A stretch of DNA of 48,965 nucleotides, counting the filler, from Stramenopiles sp. TOSAG23-2 (lineage: Eukaryota), in the NCBI GenBank assembly GCA_900128395.1. It is 2 parts of 2 records of this genome, joined end to end, with 100 filler letters (N's around TTAATTAATTAA, not from the genome) between each part and the next. Parts side by side here need not be neighbours in the genome. Positions count along the whole stretch, not along the records: positions 24,534 to 48,965 come from LT649465.1; 1 more part is not named here. One strand, given 5' to 3'. Both the position numbers and the translations under genes were made by a program. Shown one piece after another: positions 44,199 through 48,965 of the stretch; the stretch's first letter is position 1, and the number at the start of each line of letters is the position of its first letter. Under the pieces are notes generated by a model, which saw only the letters and a list, made by a program, of their open reading frames with translations, made no database searches and was not told where the DNA came from.

Positions 44199-47100
44199 AA
44201 AACCCTCCTCGATTATTACCACTTGGTCGCTTTACCCTTGCTTGTTCTTTTGCTCTCATTATTTCCTCCTCTTCTTGCATCTTTTCTCTTGTAACTTTAC
44301 ATCGTTTTTTATATGCTAAGACTTTTTTTGCTTTATGTTTTCTAAACAATGATTGTAACTTCATGACAGCGCGTAATCGCAACATACGCCTATACATTAA
44401 ACCGTCTTTTTTAGATGGTTTCTTCGACCTACCCTTGCGGTATGCTTTTAAAGGGTCATCTCTTTCCTTATTTTCACCACGGCTACGATTGATTTTGCTA
44501 CGATTATTATTTCTACTATTATCACTACGACGAGATCCATTATTACGTGCTGACTTTCGTCCAACTGCTTTATTCGCTGGCCGTGTATTATTACTACTAC
44601 TTTTTCTTGCTGTCGGTCTATTTTTAAATTGATCTTTGCCTTTTTGAGCACCAAATTGATTCTTTTCGTCATCTAATTTAGCATATAATTCCATTTTATC
44701 GAATTCTAAACCTTGATCTCTTAAATTTTGCTCCATTGCTTTTTCATCATCTTTCCCAATGAACAAATCATTTTTAACCTCTTGTATCGTTTGTTTCCCA
44801 TCTTTCCCCGTCACGACTACACGGCGATTTGTAGTATTGGCAGTTTGCCCAGTACCACCAGAAATATGCCATGCATTTCTCATCATCAATTCCCAATAAT
44901 CGTCCCCGTCAATCGATGCACTTAAATTTTGATAGTATTGTACAAATTCCTCAAATGTTACGACACCGTCTTTATCTATCGTATCAAATTGAGATAAAAA
45001 TTCCGTTAAATATTCATCTGATTTGACTTTCCCCGTTTTTACGCTCGGATGATGATCTGCATCGTAATTATATTTCAAATCATCGATAGTACAAGTTCCG
45101 TCTCCATTTCGGTCCAACAGCTTAAATGCCATTTTCACAAACTTCATGCGCCTGGCATCCATCGGCGGGGCTAACGAAAGCACGAGCTCGTCAAAACTTA
45201 TCGATCCATTTCGATCGCGGTCAAAGACGGTCATGCAACTATCTACTTCTGTTAATGTCAATTCTACGCCGTAATCTTTCATCCCATTTTTAAATTCCTC
45301 CTTTGATAAACTTTTATTTCCATCGTCATCCATAATTTTCAACACTCTAGACAATGCATGTAAACCGTGTGAACCAGCTCTTGCTATTATCTTTTTACGT
45401 ATCTTATCGACAATATTGGAGGAACTTCCAACGGGAGCTACGCCACCAGTGGAAGAAGCGCCTTTTGAGCCACGGGAGCCGAAACGTCGAACCATCTCAT
45501 CATGCAAGTCACTGACATCGACTTGATTTGCCCCTAACGTAGCTGTTTGAGCAATTCTATCGCATGCTCTTTTATTCAAATTTGCACCCTTAATACTTTT
45601 AATTTTCAATGCAAACGTAGATGGAAACATTTTATCATCACTGACTGACATATTCATACCTAACTTTTGCATGAAAATCGGTAAATTTGCTGGCGGTGTA
45701 AATAAAATTTTACGTAAAATATCCCAATCAGTTGGAGCTTCCACTTTCGTTGATCCTGTTTTATTACTTGCGATTTTCACCTGTTGTCTTGTATTATTAC
45801 TACTACTTTTTCTTGCTGCCGGTCTATTTTTAAATTGATCTTTGCCTTTTTGAGCACCAAATTGATTCTTTTCGTCATCTAATTTAGCATATAATTCCAT
45901 TTTATCGAATTCTAAACCTTGATCTCTTAAATTTTGCTCCATTGCTTTTTCATCATCTTTCCCAATGAACAAATCATTTTTAACCTCTTGTATCGTTTGT
46001 TTCCCATCTTTCCCCGTCACGACTACACGGCGATTTGTAGTATTGGCAGTTTGTCCTTTGCCACCACTCATATGCCATGCATTTCTCATCATCAATTCAA
46101 AGAAATCCGTATTATCAATCGATGCACTTAAATTTTGGTAATATTGTTTCCATTCGTCCCATGTTACAATGCCATCTTTAACATCGGTTTCGAATTCATT
46201 CAAGTACTTAGTCAACCATTCATCTGGTTTCATTTTGCCTCGTTTCACTTCATCATGACCAGTTGGATCAACATTTAATTTCATATCCTCAATTGTAATG
46301 GTTCCATCTTGGTTATAATCCATTAAATCAAACGCTGCTTTGACCAGATCTAAGCGTCTTTGATTCATTGGCGGCGCCATGCCAAGTAGAAATTCATCAA
46401 TATCTACTGTGCCATCGTGGTTCCTATCAAAGTATGTCATAACCGCATCCAATTGCTTATTGCTTAAATCTATGCCATAATCACGCAATCCATATTTCAA
46501 TTCTTCTCGACTCAACACTTTATTGCCATTGTCATCCATGATTTTCAACACACGGCCCATTGCATGTATCCCATGCGATCCACCACGTTTTATAATCGCA
46601 GCTTTTACCTTTTCAATAATACTTTCGCCATGTGCATCGGCGGCAGCTGATTGTCCCCGTTTTGGTGTACCTATGGATTGCACTGCTTGGCGCCTTGAAC
46701 CGGATTTTAAGCTGTACTTGTCGTTGCCATGGTTCGACCGTCGACTACGTTGGCTGCCACGAACACTACCACCATCATAACCGCTACGTCTACTACTACG
46801 AATGCTTCCACCGCCACGAGCGCTAATTCGTCGGCTACTAGCATGGCTTGGCACTGGAGATTGCTCGGAGCGTCTTGATGATGCCCGTGTACTTTGAATT
46901 TGGGCTGCATCTTGCTGTACTTTTTCTGCAAACGTGCTTAGCGCCGGTTGTGTGCCTAGACGTGCTAAATTTCTGGGATTTAGACGTGCTGCACCTTGAC
47001 GAGCTAAAAAATCATTAAAGTAAGTTGAGCCAATCTTCATATCATTGCAGGTCACTTCACCTACTGGATTAAAGCTTAAACGTACGCTTTTTCCACGTCC

Positions 47101-47490
47101 TTTGTTCACAGTAATTGTAAACGTCTCTATAATGCATTTCATAACTTCTTCAACAATATTTTTTGGTTGAGTCGTTTCCCTTGCAACTTTTGAAAGGTTT
47201 AACTTGCCATTTGGCCTTGAACCGGCTAATGATGATTTTGCTTGCACGGCTCGTGAATTCCTGGCAAAAATATTGGATACGATAAAAATTGGTTTCCCAG
47301 CAGCATTGAATGTGAATTTCCCAAGTTTTGGTACATCAACACCACGTTTAGCACTCAACTCTTGATCAATTACTGGACCAATTCCACGCCATACTTTTGA
47401 AAACTCTGAAAAGTTATATTGTTTTTTCAAAGATTTTTTAAAATTTTCATATGCTTTTTCCAATACTTGATGTGAGGATATATCAATCAT
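44199..47490 (-). CDS. CCDC81-type HU-like N-terminus plus two calcyphosin-like EF-hand modules and an IQ-like motif; true 3' end lost at the junction
   Basis: VWRGI..I..EL..KRGVDVPKLGKFTF and VRLSFNPVGEV (HU-like); multiple DxDGN/DRNxDG EF loops; ELMMRNAWH occurs twice. The ORF tail to 44002 is antisense read-through of the other gene. Confidence 0.85.
44584..46053. repeat. Intragenic 264-bp direct repeat (44584-44847 and 45790-46053), one mismatch
   Basis: Offset 1206 bp (402 codons); encodes QTANTTNRRVVVTGKDG...RKSSSNNT twice. Confidence 0.95.
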
Positions 47491-47744
47491 ATTTCTTTAA
47501 ATATACAAATGTCTAATGTTTGGTGGTATATTATCTATTATATGGATATATCTTACACGTTTGTTCTTCTTGTTTCAATTTTTCTAAAGAAAGTTCTATA
47601 TTGATATTCTATCTACATTCATCCATTTATCTTGACTGTTATTCAATATAATAAAAATGACTTTTTTTTCGATTTGTTGTTTTTTTTTCTCAAGCACTCA
47701 ACGGCAGAAATAATCAAACAACAACAACAACAAATACAGAAATT

Positions 47745-48058
47745 TAGCACTACATAGTACTAAAAACAAGATTTCAGGTGAAAATATTTATCGACGAAAC
47801 CGAAATGACACTTATTGTAAATATTAATTTTATTAAATAGAAAATATCCGAATAATTTATGGTATAATTATTTATAAAAATACAAACTATACATTGAGAA
47901 AATATCATCAAAATTCCAATAAATACATGATGATAGATGCAAAAATCTGATGAAAAATGAAAATATTTCATTTTCGATTTCATGCAACTCATGTGCTCAT
48001 CAAATTTTCATGATAAATGCATCACCTAAAATCTTGTTTTTAGTGCTATGTAGTGCTA
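47745..48058. mobile_element. MITE-like non-autonomous DNA transposon (~310 bp)
   Basis: 38-bp inverted repeats with 2 mismatches (47744-47781 and 48022-48059), non-coding AT-rich interior, compatible with a TA target duplication. Confidence 0.75.
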
Positions 48059-48144
48059 AGTCTATACAATAAATAGAAGTCCTTGATGTGATATAATTTT
48101 CAATCACATCCAGATGTTTAATCAATATATATATATCATTTTAT

Positions 48145-48965
48145 TCATGAAGAAGGCAAGACAAACGATTTCACATTACTAAATGCTTGTAACCATCGAT
48201 AAAATACACTTGTGGAACTACAGGAAAAAGTCAATAATGTTACTAAATTATTGATGTTTGTATTATTAATTGGCTGTGCTTGTCGAACTAAAATGATATT
48301 TTTTCGTCCATAAGTTTCCACATCAGGAGTCAATGGCTGAATTCGTATATCAATTTTTGATAAATTGAATTCCTTATATGGAGTTGTATTATCTTCATCG
48401 TCTTTTGATATAGATAATAAGCCATTACTTATATCAAATTTCATAAAACGATGATGCCAACTTTCCCTACCCAACAACTTATTTTTCGCTAATTTATACA
48501 TCCATCCTGATATTATCGAATCATCATATGATAAATCATTTATAATAGTATTAGACGTATTGGCATTTGCTTGTATCATATTATCAACCTCATTAGGTGA
48601 AATTTGTTCAACAACAGTAGCTATTGGTATTGCATTATTATTATTATCATTATTTAAATTTGTTTTCTGTTCATCATCAGCAATGTCATTATTATCATTA
48701 GTGCTATAATTATTGTTATTATTATTATTGGATGGGTTGGGACGAGGTGATTCTTGGCTTGTAACAACCGCTGTATACGTTTCCGAGTTTTGAGGGGTAA
48801 GTTGTGATAATGCTTGAATGTTTTGAACTTTAATCAGATTATTATTATCACTTGATGATAGTCCGTCCCCTGTTGCTACACGAAACAAAGTTAATCCTAA
48901 GGATGGTTTAATTCTCCGTGGTGGTGGGACATCTCCGTCATCCTCGCGGTCGGTATCATCGAAGA
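48145..48965 (-). CDS. C-terminal PH-domain protein (runs off the window end)
   Basis: ISGWMYKLAKNKLLGRESWHHRFM...FSCSSTSVFYRWLQAF. The frame is open to the window end. Confidence 0.85.
   Translation of the reverse strand, partial: FDDTDREDDGDVPPPRRIKPSLGLTLFRVATGDGLSSSDNNNLIKVQNIQALSQLTPQNSETYTAVVTSQESPRPNPSNNNNNNNYSTNDNNDIADDEQKTNLNNDNNNNAIPIATVVEQISPNEVDNMIQANANTSNTIINDLSYDDSIISGWMYKLAKNKLLGRESWHHRFMKFDISNGLLSISKDDEDNTTPYKEFNLSKIDIRIQPLTPDVETYGRKNIILVRQAQPINNTNINNLVTLLTFSCSSTSVFYRWLQAFSNVKSFVLPSS

Noticed and set aside
44002-44319. Apparent antisense overlap of two long ORFs with poly-Ile/hydrophobic tails
   Set aside because: Both tails are read-through across the inverted junction at ~44198.

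Overview
AT-rich, gene-dense, intron-poor eukaryotic nuclear DNA. It is probably from a flagellated marine protist; a stramenopile/MAST-like host is an inference from gene content and style. Recognisable genes: RPT3/PSMC4, PTH2, a myristoylated calpain, a 5'-truncated class I phosphodiesterase, a spliced omega/lambda-type GST, an RNI-like LRR protein, an M64 peptidase fused to a SPRING1-like domain, a DUF4485 protein, a polyQ Cys-rich membrane protein, a NEK kinase, a CCDC81-HU/calcyphosin EF-hand protein, a PH protein, and a giant dynein-stalk/alpha-beta-hydrolase/IQ/SAM/ankyrin gene. The assembly shows clear artefact signs: an artificial N44-TTAATTAATTAA-N44 linker, frameshifts, truncated genes and a fold-back inverted junction. 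Adjacency claims therefore need read support. The most interesting signals are: (i) a ~1.2 kb virus-like island (21.1-22.3 kb) with an intron-preceded exon resembling the C-terminus of herpesvirus/mirusvirus terminase; (ii) the neighbouring LRR gene, built from variable cassettes separated by a nucleotide-conserved 15-bp junction; (iii) the M64-SPRING fusion. All family assignments come from motif recognition by eye; no database searches were run.
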